Shown here: positions 1 to 11,364 of the stretch, piece by piece
How positions within the stretch are numbered: the first letter of the stretch is position 1
How the letters are laid out: every line of letters starts with the position of its first letter
Source of the DNA: Bugula neritina
Lineage: Eukaryota; Animalia; Bryozoa
Assembly (NCBI GenBank): GCA_964035545.1
Contig: CAXIUT010000293.1
Span: forward strand, 1 to 19,920
DNA length: 19,920 nucleotides
Direction of reading: 5' to 3'
Made by a program: the position numbers and the translations under genes
Notes under the pieces: model-generated
The model's database searches: none
The model's input: only the letters and a program-made list of their open reading frames with translations
What the model was told of the DNA's origin: nothing

Positions 1-428
1 TTATTGCGGAATAGTCTAAAAGTAACTGATATATCGCATAAAGAATAAAGGATATTCCAGAGCTAGAAGGAGGTGAAGGGCTGATTACTATTTTTATTGT
101 TTTTGATTGTTTAAGAGAGGAGTTAATAGTTTTATTAGAACTGGAAGTTGGCTGTACCTTAGCCGCAGCATTTTGATTAATTTTTGGTGAAAGAGGTGTG
201 AGTTGGTAGCCATAGGTAGGAAGATATTTGGTTTTATTTTAGATTAGCTTGATTTGATAGTTTAGTTAGATATTTTTATAGAGATTGCGACCATTATGTG
301 TATTGTTGGGTGGTTGTTATGATGTTAATTGATTAGTTTTTGGAGAGGAAGGTTTGTAGTTTGGAGAGAGGGTGTTTTTATTGTTTTGAGGATGAGGATG
401 AAATAGAGAGTGATTAATTGTTGCCCAT
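1..428 (-). CDS. 5' part of a ciliate-type protein kinase-like (possibly pseudokinase) protein with N-myristoylation motif; runs off the window
   Basis: ATG at 428, no TGA down to base 1 with TAR=Glu: MGNNESLS...YLWLPTHTSF...FEENYELLSETIK...PFTSFELWNILYSLCDI. MGxxxS start; the ELWxILYSL segment resembles kinase helix alpha-E. Confidence 0.6.
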
Positions 429-607
429 AGGATTTGTTATTTATTAGTAAAGTTATTTTATAGTATTATAATTACTTTTTATAAACTATCCATTTAGATT
501 TATCAATCAGTCAGAAAGATTATATTGCAATAGTATTAAATGTTAATATTTAATAATCAGTCATTTCTTTCAAATAAATTTAATAATTATTTATTTTTAA
601 TGGTTTA

Positions 608-3107
608 TCATTGTGATTCTACTAGCACTAACTTTTCTTTCTCAATTTTATTGCACTATTATTCTTGCTGGCCATATTCATCGACCCATTTCTTCCAAAT
701 TTTCTTCTCAATAGCAATATCCTTGGATTAATTTGACTAGAACCAGCCAATTACTTCTTCAGCTTTCATCTTTTTTATCTTCAAAGAACGACACAGCCTG
801 TTAGTAGCTATTTGCTTTCGATTGTGATCTTTATGCCAATCTGAAACTGATAAGTTCATGATCTATCTAGAAAAAAGAATACGTATGAAGTAGAGGGACA
901 AGATGTTTTTTAAGCAAGTGAAATTATTTAATCAGCTTTGTGTTTTCTGCTTGTTTTGAGGTAAAATAAATATTTGAGACCTGGATATGTATTGGTTAGA
1001 CAGGGTGTGACTATTTCTGAATATTATAACAGTCCTTGAACAAGAATATTAAATTTATTTTTCATGAAGGTGATGTATTATGGAGTTTACAGGTTATATT
1101 TCCATTGATTTTGCCACTATGTATGACAAGAGTGAATGAGATTGTCAATAAAAGTTTATATTGATTCATTTTAAATACAATTAATATTATTGCTAAACTA
1201 TTTGAGTTCTTATCCATTGAAGTTGAGACTATTGTTGCTGAAAAAGAAAATGAAGGGTTAAATAAGTATTTTATTCATTATGATGTTTTTGGTAAAAGTT
1301 TATTAATTTTTTATTAAATTTTATAAGATATTTTTGTTGAAGAAGTTTGAAGGAAGAAATTAACTGGAATAGTTGATGAGTTATTTATAAGCATTTCTAT
1401 TAAAAATATTTTTGAGGTATTATTATGTATTAAGAGTTTGAATAATCATTGTTATTGAGTCAATAGTTAATTATTTGATAATTTTTTTTTGTTATTTATA
1501 AATCAACTGCTGTTTATTTATTGAGTATAAACTATTATACTAGAGGACTAAGAATATCAATAATAAAAAACTAATATCGTTTATTTTATACTATTTGAGA
1601 CAATAAAAAAGATATATTTTTATTATTAGGATTATTGCAACACTATTTCAAGAGAGATTGTTTATTGAATTATATTTTTTGGATTAAGTTGATAAGATTG
1701 TTTCTTAGAATATAAGTTATTACTGAATTATTGATAATTTTGTTGATGATTTATTAGTTATTGCATTATTAGTTTGATTTTTTTATTTAGGTTTTTAGTT
1801 ATTTTAATTGTTATTGATAAATATATAAGATGTTGTCGTATTGGTCGAGTTGAAGTGATTTTTATAACTATATTTTATGGCTTTTTGCCAGTTATTGGAT
1901 TATGTTTGATTACTCATGTGATGATAATTTAAATATTTATTGTTTTGCTATAGCTAATAAAGATGATTATTGTTTGCTTAATAAGATGGGTTAAGGATGT
2001 TAGAAAAGTATGTTATTTTAAATATATAATTCTTAATATAGTTAATTTTAGGTATATTGAAGGACTAAGGATCTATTTTGTTACTAGCGATAGAAAGAGA
2101 TATAGAAATGATTATGAAAGTGAGTGATGTTGAAGTTATTAGCTTCTAGGATAATTGGCTTGAATGTTGTGAATTGAGGTTGGTCTGATATAATTTATAC
2201 TTATTCTTTTACCAGTAAAGCATTTTTATTTTGTTTGTAAATGATAAACATTTCAAGATGAGTACTTTATATTTGTTTGGATATTTATCTTTAATTTATT
2301 AATAGGATGGATGATAGTTAAAGTTACTTAGAAATATTGTTTTTGAAAACTTCATCTTATTGAATCAGTTTAATAGTTGAATTTAGGATGTTAGTTTTAA
2401 CTTCTATTAGATGTACCATGACTCTGTTTTATCTGATTGTTAATATTTTGATATAATCTTTGACTGATGGTTGTATAATTGGTATGATTTAGATTGATTT
2501 GAAGTGTTCTTTAGTTTGTTGATAAAACCAACTCAAAAGTCCTTTAGATTGATCGATATCTTTAAGTTTTGTTAATGTCAATTGATATTTATTGTTTTCA
2601 TATGTCACTACTATCAGATAGAACTAGTCATTTTAAGTATAAGCTACATATAGTTCATTTTATCCAAAGTCAATAGCTTTGGAGATATATCTGATTTCAT
2701 CTTGATTTAACTTGATATTGGTTGAGGCTATAAGTTATAAATTTGATTTGATATTGCCTTCTGAGTTGATTTTGCATCGATAAAGATTGATTTAATTTCT
2801 ATTTGAGGTTAGAATTTTGTAAATTCTTTGTTTTTATGTGAAGGTCAGACAATTTTTATTGAGGAGATAATTCAACTTGAGAGTCTAAATAGATAGATTG
2901 GTACATGGCCAGTTAGTTGAGTGAATTAGGGATTGAAAAAGTAGAGGATTGCTTATTTTGAAGGCTGAATATGGAGAAGATATTTTGAATTTGAGAGGTC
3001 GATTGTTGATTTTTAGTCTAACTTGTAATGAAGGTACCATTAAGAGTATCATGGATGATTTATTTGAGGGTTTGGTGAGTCTGATGGGGTAAGAAATGAT
3101 GCGCCAT
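608..3107 (-). CDS. Large hypothetical protein (~810 aa; beta-rich N half, helical C half) with one unresolved frame switch near 1460-1490 (could be two genes)
   Basis: ATG 3107; 20-nt GTA..TAG introns at 3018-3037, 2885-2904 and 863-882 join long TGA-free frames; terminal TGA 608-610. A 1-nt discontinuity lies near the T9 run at 1482-1490. Confidence 0.6.
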
Positions 3108-3499
3108 TTTTGTGATTAATTGAGAATTATAATAAGATGATATATTATTAGATATTTAAGTCAGAATAGTCAAATAAGGCAAAATTAAAGCTATCTTAAC
3201 TATTTGTATTAAAAAAGAACTTTTAGTAGCATCTATCTATAAAATTAGAACATTTTGCTATTAAATTACATTATTCTAATATTGATTCCTCTAAATTTCA
3301 TTTAATCTATTTAATTTTCCTTCATTATTATAGCCATAACTATTTTCCTTATCTGAAGATGGCTATTCTCCTTTTAAATAAACAAAATCAGTAGTTGATT
3401 ATGAATAGTTTTTAAATGATGTAAAAGCTATTATTATATGTGTTGAGCTCACTAATAAAATTAAGATTACTACTGTATATTGAATCATTGCCTCTTATT

Positions 3500-4157
3500 T
3501 CATTGGTAGTACATTCTGCTGAAAAGTAACATGTTGTATTGATATGCAGCGTTTTAGAAATTTGTATTGAAGTCGATGCATGTTGAAGGACTTCCTGAAT
3601 TCATTACTGGTCTAAACCCTTCCTAAACCTTCACCTACGCATCTACTTGCTTCTATCGCTATTCTACCATCTATGCCTTCATCGTTGTCTTTTGTTATGG
3701 TTCTATGAGGTTTTCAAGAGTTTATGATGTGTTTTTGATCTGGGTAGGAGAGAGAGTACTTGAGTGGAGAGGAGGTCTAGTTCATAGTTGCGTTGTCCTA
3801 TTTGGTCACAAAAATATTCTATGAGTGAGTTTAGGTGTTGAGATGATGATTTTAGTTTTCTTTGGAAGAGGCTGAATATAATGTAGTTTACCTGAAAAGT
3901 GGTTGATGAGAACAATGCTTTGATAATTTGAGTTAAAATTGTTGTTTATCAAATAGCATTGAAAGCAGTCTTTAAATAGACTTATTTGAGTAAGAAGATG
4001 TATAGTTTTTGAATGATTTTAGTTTAATATTATTATTTTTGTTTATTTTTTTTAGTTTTAGGTATGATGTTTTGAGAATTAGTTTTATTTATCTATTATT
4101 CGGGTTGCAGAAGTAACAGGAAGGTTGAGGATTTTATTTATTGGTTAGGACTTGCAT
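3500..4157 (-). CDS. Hypothetical protein; 3' end uncertain (may extend to ~3160 through further tiny introns)
   Basis: ATG 4157 (MQVLTNKENPQPSCYFCNP...); 20-nt introns at 3872-3891 and 3740-3759 restore the frame; first in-frame TGA 3500-3502. Confidence 0.55.
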
Positions 4158-4534
4158 TTGTTTTTGGTTGTAACTTTAAAATTATAATGTTATTGATTAG
4201 TTATTATGAAAAGTCAATCAAAATAACAACCTATTTATGTTTCTGACTAAACAAAGGTCCAATAAACAACAATAAAGCTTTATCCATTTATTTTTTATCT
4301 TATAATATAATCATACCACTAGAATATTTTTTATACTTTCTTTGATATTCTGAAAATTGAAATAATAAGCATTCAATGTTTTATTACTTGATTCATATCT
4401 ATTTGCTTAGCTACATCATAATACTCAAGTATTTTATCTTTAAATCAAATTAAATAAAATACTTTATGAATAACAAATTTAATATTGACTTTACTTTTAT
4501 AAAATTAATATTCATAATTATATTAGGAATATCA

Positions 4535-6448
4535 TCAATTAGAAGGACTGCTACTAGTCGATTTACTTGACTGGTTGCTTGTTGCATTATTATCGAAAAA
4601 GTCACTTTCACAGTTTGTTTTGACATGCATGACATATTTGTAGTACTTTTTGTACTTGTGTTCTTCACAACGAGATTTCTTGGTTCTGGGCAAGGGACTA
4701 TCAGGTTTGGTCCATTGTTTGCAACTACATTATTTGTATTAACGATGATCAGTGCATTATTTCAAAATTTATTTTGATTTTTATGATATTTTAGACTTCT
4801 ATTCTTCTTTTTTAGGTGGTGGGTTGTCTTTCATGTACTTCTAGGTTTGATAACTATAATATATGACCCAATTGATTTGAATATCTAAGGCTTCTGCAAT
4901 AACTTTAGCATAGTTATTTATATTTTTTATTCCATTTTCAATACAATATTTAGCTATTTTCATAATAACTTCCATCTTAGTCATAAGCATTCTTTTTTAT
5001 TAAACTTTATCTTCTTTTGAGACATCTTTGTTGGTATTTAGTAATCTTGATGATTGAGATTCTGTTTCTATTTAATATGAATCATTAATTTTTTTGCCTC
5101 TATATCTTGCTTCTAACCTTATGTCCACGCATTTTATATTTTTACGAGTTATCAAGGCCAGAAGACCAACTAGCTGTTTGGCTAAATTTTCATCATAGAC
5201 GATTTCTTAGTTATTGTTGCCAGAATTATTATCTTCTGTATTATAAGCGCTGCAATCTTCTTATTCCTTGACCTTATCATTGTTTTATTTATTATCTTTG
5301 TTTTATTTATCCTATTTAACCTATTTATTTTCTTTGTTTTATTTATTATCTTTATCCTATTTATCCTATTTATCCTATTTATCCTATTTATCCTATTTAT
5401 CCTATTTATCCTATTTATCCTATTTATCCTATTTATTATCTTTGTTTTATTTACTATATTAACTATTAGAATGAGAAGTTGAGCTACTCCTTGAACTTCT
5501 TGAAGTTGAACTACTTTTTGAATTACTTGAAGTTGAGCTATCTTAACTTTATGTCTTTTGTTTAATATGAGAAGAACTAGATTGACTTATTTCACTTTGA
5601 CTTTCTTTTTAAGAGCTTTAATTTTCTAGAGAATCTTCACTCTTTTCTTAACTTCTCGAATTTTAATCTTTTTAAGAGTGGCTTTTATGACTTCTAGATT
5701 ATTTGCTATTATCCTAGCTTTGAGAATTTTAACTTTAATCTTAACTTTAAGGAAATTTGTAGCCAGATTTATATCTTTTAGTTTCTAGTTGAAGAAGTCT
5801 TTAATATGGGAAACTATTTTTATTTTATTAGTTTTGTTCTATTTCAATTGGGTCTATTTATATTTGCATATCTTAAGTGCTACAGTATTTCATTGTGAAG
5901 CCTTTCCTGTGTTAGGCAATACATCCAGGATTTCCTTTGTCTTAATTTTGTTGTAAGTTTCTTTATCCATCGAAAAGAAGTCTACTGTTTTCTGATTCAA
6001 TAGTGGTAGCTGTTCCAGAGATGGAAGTAGATTCATCAAAAATGTGACTTTAGTTCAAAGTCCATGACTTAGTTGTTACTGTTTCCCCTGTTTCAGGAAT
6101 AACAAAGGAGTCTTCTACCTTCACAGACATCTCAGGTTATCTTGAAAGGAATATTCCTAGAAGAGTCCCTGTTATGATGAATGAGATAATAACAAAAACT
6201 CCTGCTGCAATACAAAGTCTTTTCTTTAAAGTTGTTTTTTGATTTGGTTTTTGGTTTGATTTAACTTCCTCTTCTTGAGTTGGATTCTCTTTCCGATCTA
6301 TCTATATGTCTCCAAGAATAGAGTTTGGGTCTTGATTTACTTCTTTAGAATCAAATTAATTGCATTCAATATGAGATTCTGATTCAGCTTATGAATGTCC
6401 TTGGATTTTAGCATTAGTTGAAGAAGGATTATCTGCCATGCTTTTCAT
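4535..6448 (-). CDS. Intronless 637-aa predicted single-pass (type II) membrane protein with Ser/Glu-rich and Lys-Glu-Asp repeat region
   Basis: ATG 6448 to TGA 4535-4537, 1914 nt with no internal TGA; hydrophobic segment LCIAAGVFVIISFIITGTLLGIFL after a basic KKR patch. Confidence 0.75.
5351..5431. repeat. Coding 9-bp tandem repeat (TTTATCCTA)x9 with degenerate flanks ~5281-5452; encodes (Lys-Glu-Asp)n on the minus strand
   Basis: Nine perfect copies counted; minus strand reads AAA TAG GAT in the frame of the 4535-6448 CDS. Confidence 0.9.
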
Positions 6449-6525
6449 TGAAAATTTTAAATTATATCAGTTAAATTAGTTGTCTATTTATAAGTTAATT
6501 CATCAAAGTCAAGAGACTTTTATTC

Positions 6526-6801
6526 TCAAAGTATTTATAGAATGATACAATAATGAATTATCTTAATATTGGCATCTTTTAATTCCTTCCTTTAGAGATT
6601 CATTTTATTGAAATATAGTCGTAGTATTTTCTGTATTTTTTATTATTAAATGATTAAGTTATTTGGAAGTGATATTTTTCTTTCTATTTTGTATTAGATT
6701 AAGTCGCTGTATCGATAAACCTCTTAAATTTTAAACAGCTAAACGATTGCTTTTATTGAGCGTTAGTTTTTAAAAAGTCTAGAAGTTGATATGAATTTCA
6801 T
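6526..6801 (-). CDS. Possible small hypothetical protein (91 aa)
   Basis: ATG 6801 to TGA 6526-6528 (MKFISTSRLFKNERSIKAIVELFKIEEVYRYSDLIE...); fills an otherwise large gap; no recognisable motif. Confidence 0.3.
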
Positions 6802-6923
6802 CGACAAATATATATCAAAAAATAAAAAAAGATAAGAAAATATATATTAAATTATTAATTAATCTTTTATCATCCTTAACTAATAATTTCGATCAATAGT
6901 TACATAATTCATATATTAATATC

Positions 6924-8761
6924 ATGAAGTAGTATCATGATGGTCCCATCGAATGTACAAACATTATTCTAACTCAGATGATAAGAGATCATGTACAGAT
7001 ATTATCTGTTTGATCATCTTTATTTTATTGTCAGTTTTCATGTTAGCTGTTGGCATCTATGCCTGGACTCATCCAAATGGTAATTTCTCTAAACTTACCA
7101 CTGCATACGACCCTGACGGAAAAGGATGTGGAGTCGATTACCCTGATTTTCCATATATCTACTTTGCTTCTCCTCATGCCAATGTACTTATACATAGATA
7201 TAGTCTCTATGGGTAACAGTTTGTGTCAGAAAATGTCCAAGTAAGACAGATACTGTGCTTGAGTGTCAGCCTAATAGTGTGGTTACAAGTTGTCAAGCCA
7301 AATCTGACTCAGATAACACAAAAACTGTTCAAATCTATGATTCATCTGTTAGTATATCTTCAACTATTAAGCTGCAAATACTCTCTGTCTAGCTACATCA
7401 TAGACTCTACAGTAAACACTTGCGCCAGCTACAAGTGGCTATGGAACTAAGATTGCTGGTGTGATGAATGGATGGGTACTGATATTGCTTGCAATTCCTA
7501 TCGCCATTGTAATCGCTCTGCTAATCATGTGCCTGATTCGTTGTTTTGCTGGCTGTTTTATTTATGTTTTGATTATTCTATGTATCCTAGTATTGGTCGT
7601 ATTTGGAATTTATGTTTGGACTCAACCTGTAGGAGGAGCACTTGGACAAACTTCATCATTATTTTCAAATAATACAGGAAGAACCATAGTATCAATAATT
7701 TGCTTTTTACTAGCTCTTGCTATAGCTATCTTTTTCTGTTGCTTTAAGAGTAGAATAGCATTGGCTTCAAAAATTGTTGAGGTAGCAGCTGTATTTGTTA
7801 GTAAAAACTGTTATATAGTATTGATACCATTACTAATGTTCTTTATCACTTTGGTCTTCCTTTGTCTATGGATTCTAGAAATACTTGGATACTATTCATT
7901 GGGAACTCCTTCACATGAGAAGCATCAATATCCTTATCAGCACTTCTAACTGTCTGGATCAATCTATGCTCTTGGAGCTCTACATGTTTTCTACTTATTA
8001 TGGGTAGTATTCTTCTTGATTCATACAAGCGATTTCCTCATTTGTGGAACAGCTGCTAGTTGGTACTATAATCGTGACTCTCCTTACTGTTAAACTTCTC
8101 ATCGATATACAGGCAAGCATATGGGGTCTGTGGCTATGGGATCATTCTTCCTTGCTTTGATTGGGTTCATTAAATTTTTGTATACTATGTTAGCTCCTGA
8201 TGAAAATACAGAGCATACAGGTTTTATGTATTACTTAAGAAAATGTTGTGACTGTCTGTGTTGTCTGTGTATCGGTGCCTTGTTTGAATGGTTTAATGCT
8301 GGTGCTTATACTTGGATTAACATGGCTGGAGATAGTTACTGTACTTCAGGTATTAATTCTGCTACTTTGAGAGCAAAGAATCTTGCTTCAACTTCAGTTA
8401 TGGCTATCCTCGAAGTGGTACAATATTTTGTATTTAGGTCTTTTCCATCTTAATCAGAATTGGAATTACACTCTTAACTTGTTTCATCATCTATATGATA
8501 GTACAAAATGTTGGATCCTATAAAGATAAAATTACTGATTCCTCTTTACTGCTTGTAGTGGTAGGTCTTTTGGCTTTTGCTGTGAGTTGCTTTTTTATTT
8601 CGGTCTATTCTGAGTCAATGGAAGCTCTATATACAACCTATTTGATGGATGTAGATGCTGGAATGGATGGTGGAAGTTGTCCTGAAGAATTAAGGGATTT
8701 TATCCACTAGGCTCAACAAGAAGAACATATGATTCCTGTTGAAGAGAAAAGAAGCGATTGA
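6924..8761 (+). CDS. Choline transporter-like protein (CTL/SLC44 family)
   Basis: GP..KRSCTDIICL N-terminal motif, DPDGKGCG, VCVRKCP, multiple TM helices, HMGSVAMGSF, AYTWINMAGDSYCTSG. Introns 6955-6977 (23 nt), 7184-7203, 7352-7371, 8418-8437 (20 nt each); TGA 8759-8761. Confidence 0.92.
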
Positions 8762-8853
8762 TGATGCACATATTCATAAATATTTTTTATTTTAAAAGTA
8801 GTTTTATGCTCATTAATTTTCGTAGAAAATATAAAATTTGTATAATTTTTGAG

Positions 8854-9579
8854 ATGTAGCTTTAACTACGTGAGTTGATTGCTCAAAAAGACTAAATGGA
8901 AAAAGAACTGATGAATCTAACATAACAAATTTAACTATTGGATGAGATAAAACAGTTTAATAAAAACTTGACTGATGCTTAAGGTTTTCCTCGATAAGAT
9001 ATTGATTTTGGAGAACTTGCTAACTATAGATCTCTCAAAAAACGTAAAGCATAACTCAATAATGATCATTTAGCATTGATGAAGACAATCTAAGGTAAAC
9101 TTTATTCATTGCATGTCTCATTGCCCCAACAGGAAAATGTGATAAGTTAAACTCATGAGAGTAAAAATACTCCTTTGATTATGAAAAAAATGGAGAAAGA
9201 GGTTGAAAAAGTCTAAAAGAAGGCTGGAACTATTGACTATTTAACTCCTTTTGCTAAAATTTCTTTGGTGTCAGAGGGAAGTCCAGCTGAAAGAGCTGGT
9301 TTGAAGGTCGGGGATTTGTTAAGTGAGTTTGGCTAAATCAACATATATTCTTTAGACTGGCTTAAACAGATAGCTGGGGCAGTCAAGGAGTAAGTTCCTA
9401 TTGGAATAATAATTATGCGAGTGGTGGAAGCATAAGAAAAGAGTGGAAGTTCTGTTTTTAGACTGAAAGATGGGAACAATTATGAAAAAATTAAGATATA
9501 ATTGACTCCAAGAAGTTGGTAAGGCCGTGGGCTATTGGGATGCAAAATTGATCCAATTGATTCAAACTCTAAAAAATGA
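8854..9579 (+). CDS. PSMD9: 26S proteasome assembly chaperone Nas2/p27 (N-terminal helical domain plus PDZ)
   Basis: LTDA(E)GFPR(E)DID, LNNDH..LMKTI(E)..L..LH, PFAKISLVSEGSPAERAGLKVGD, LTPRSW(E)GRGLLGC; intronless, 241 aa. Confidence 0.92.
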
Positions 9580-9615
9580 TTATCTCATATTGTTTCTTAT
9601 TTTTTTATTAATTGA

Positions 9616-10206
9616 ATGAAAGGTCACAAGTAAAGTAAAGAAAAAAATATTGTAAATGTTGTCGACAGTGTCACAGGGTAGATTAGGATCAAAAAGAAGA
9701 GACGTAGAGTCGTGGGCAGTCCCCTATCAGGATAGGACTAGTCTTTTGAGCCTGATTTTAATCAGTATAAAAAGGTGGGATTACCATTAGATATGACTCG
9801 GGTGACTCAGGGCGGATGGGGGCTTGAAGAAAACAGAATCTACTTAAAGTTTCTTGAGAAATACAAGAAGGATTTTGGCAGCTAGATTTCACGGAGAAAG
9901 GTTAAAATTTTTAATTTACTCTCAAAGGCTCTGAGAAAAAGAACACCTGACCAGTGTCGCAGCCACCACCAAAAACTTCAGAACAAATTTAACAATAATA
10001 CTGAAGATATTATTGTTTATATCCGAGATAAGATTCTAGAGGCAAACAGAGGTGACCAAGACCGTGTTATGAGTGAGAAGGACCTTCAAGGTGTGAAAAT
10101 AACAGCGACTGGCACGTTAGATTTATCAGAGATTGAGAAGAGGTTTGTGAAGTAAGAGGAATAAACTTTCTTCTTTATCGACTTGGCAGAGGTCGGGTAC
10201 TGGTGA
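9616..10206 (+). CDS. Single-repeat Myb/SANT-like DNA-binding protein (SHAQKY-like, ciliate type)
   Basis: GGWGLEENRIYLKFL...RRKVKIFNLLSKALRKRTPDQCRSHHQK; basic NLS-like KKKRRR; 196 aa, TGA 10204-10206. Confidence 0.82.
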
Positions 10207-10368
10207 CTGATTGTTCAGGATTTAGAACATTTTTGAATATATTCTTTTATTAACTTTGAAAAGGGAAAAAAAATGAAACTTAGTATTATAGTAAAGTTAA
10301 GGAGTTAAAAATAGAAGATATGAATCAATCTTTAGTTTCTCAAGTTGCTGATAGAATAAGAACAGAAA

Positions 10369-11349
10369 TCAATTTTAGGTTTCTTTTGGTTCTTCTTCTT
10401 CTAATATAGATATTTTATAGTTGTCATGTAACTATATAATTTCCCAGCCGTCTTCATCCTCTCTTTTATCAATTTATAACCAGTCTTCATTTATCACTTT
10501 TTTTATACTCGTCATAAATTCTTCCTAGGCCTTACCTCCTGTCCTTAAAGCAGGACCTAGAAGTCCAATACATTCTTCATAAGCTGATTTAAGCTATTCT
10601 GATTTCTTTTGGGTGTTAGTTAGAGCTTCTTGAATTTTTTCTTCTAACTATTAAGATTTTTTTTATTTTGTGTACTTTGAGATAAACTACGAGAAGGCAA
10701 AGGAAGCTAGCATTGATATGGGATTGAGTTTGATTGCCATAGAACTTGCTTGGATGATGAATGTTTTAGTGAAAAGTTTTTAAGCAATGTATGCAAAGCC
10801 TTTGTTGACAATACTGCTGGAAACTTTATCTTTTACCTTTTCTTTAACTTTTTACCCGACTTACGATGATTTCTCTCCTATTATATTGGGTAATAATTCT
10901 TATCTAATTTGATAGTTTTTATTAGATGGAAATAAATGTTCACAATATGGTAGTTTAGTAATGTCTTAAAGCAGCTATTGATAAAAAGAATGAAGTTGTA
11001 GCATGTTATTATATTGATCAATGATTTGGTTGTTTACTTCAACTGGCTGAGGTATTAGAGGTTGAGGAGTATTGTTGGCTTTGATAAATTTTTCAATTGT
11101 TTTTTCGATAAATTGCTTTAATAGACAACACTATGATTGAAGGTAGAATTGGAAGTTGTTTTTTTAGATTTATTTCTGATATTAGGGAAGAGATTAAAGC
11201 TGTTTAAATGCATATTTGCGCCAAAGAGAGTAAGTATTAGGGAGAATAGGGAAGGATGTGCTATCAGGATTGTATTCTTAAACAAAAAATCCAAGTGTCT
11301 TGTTAACTATTTTAGTTAGAGGTTCTTCTTAGTTCTTTTATATTTTCAT
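10369..11349 (-). CDS. Hypothetical 326-aa helical protein with acidic C-terminus carrying two W-x-x-I motifs
   Basis: ATG 11349 to TGA 10369-10371, open with TAR=Glu; tail reads INEDWLEIDKREDEDGWEIIEL. Confidence 0.7.
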
Positions 11350-11364
11350 TGAACTATATATCAA

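Noticed and set aside
608-3107. Nup133-like identity for the large minus-strand protein
   Set aside because: Only a general beta-then-helical layout and one KGLLSWF loop; needs an HMM or structure search.
3160-3488. Separate small secreted protein starting at ATG 3488 (MIQYTVVILILLVSS...)
   Set aside because: Cannot be distinguished from extra exons of the 4157 gene through 19-22-nt introns; long open frames are common when TGA is the only stop.
5268-5462. ORF-track (LSY)n hydrophobic peptide; also considered as a CRISPR-like array
   Set aside because: Antisense shadow of the KED coding repeat; a 9-bp tandem unit with no spacers.
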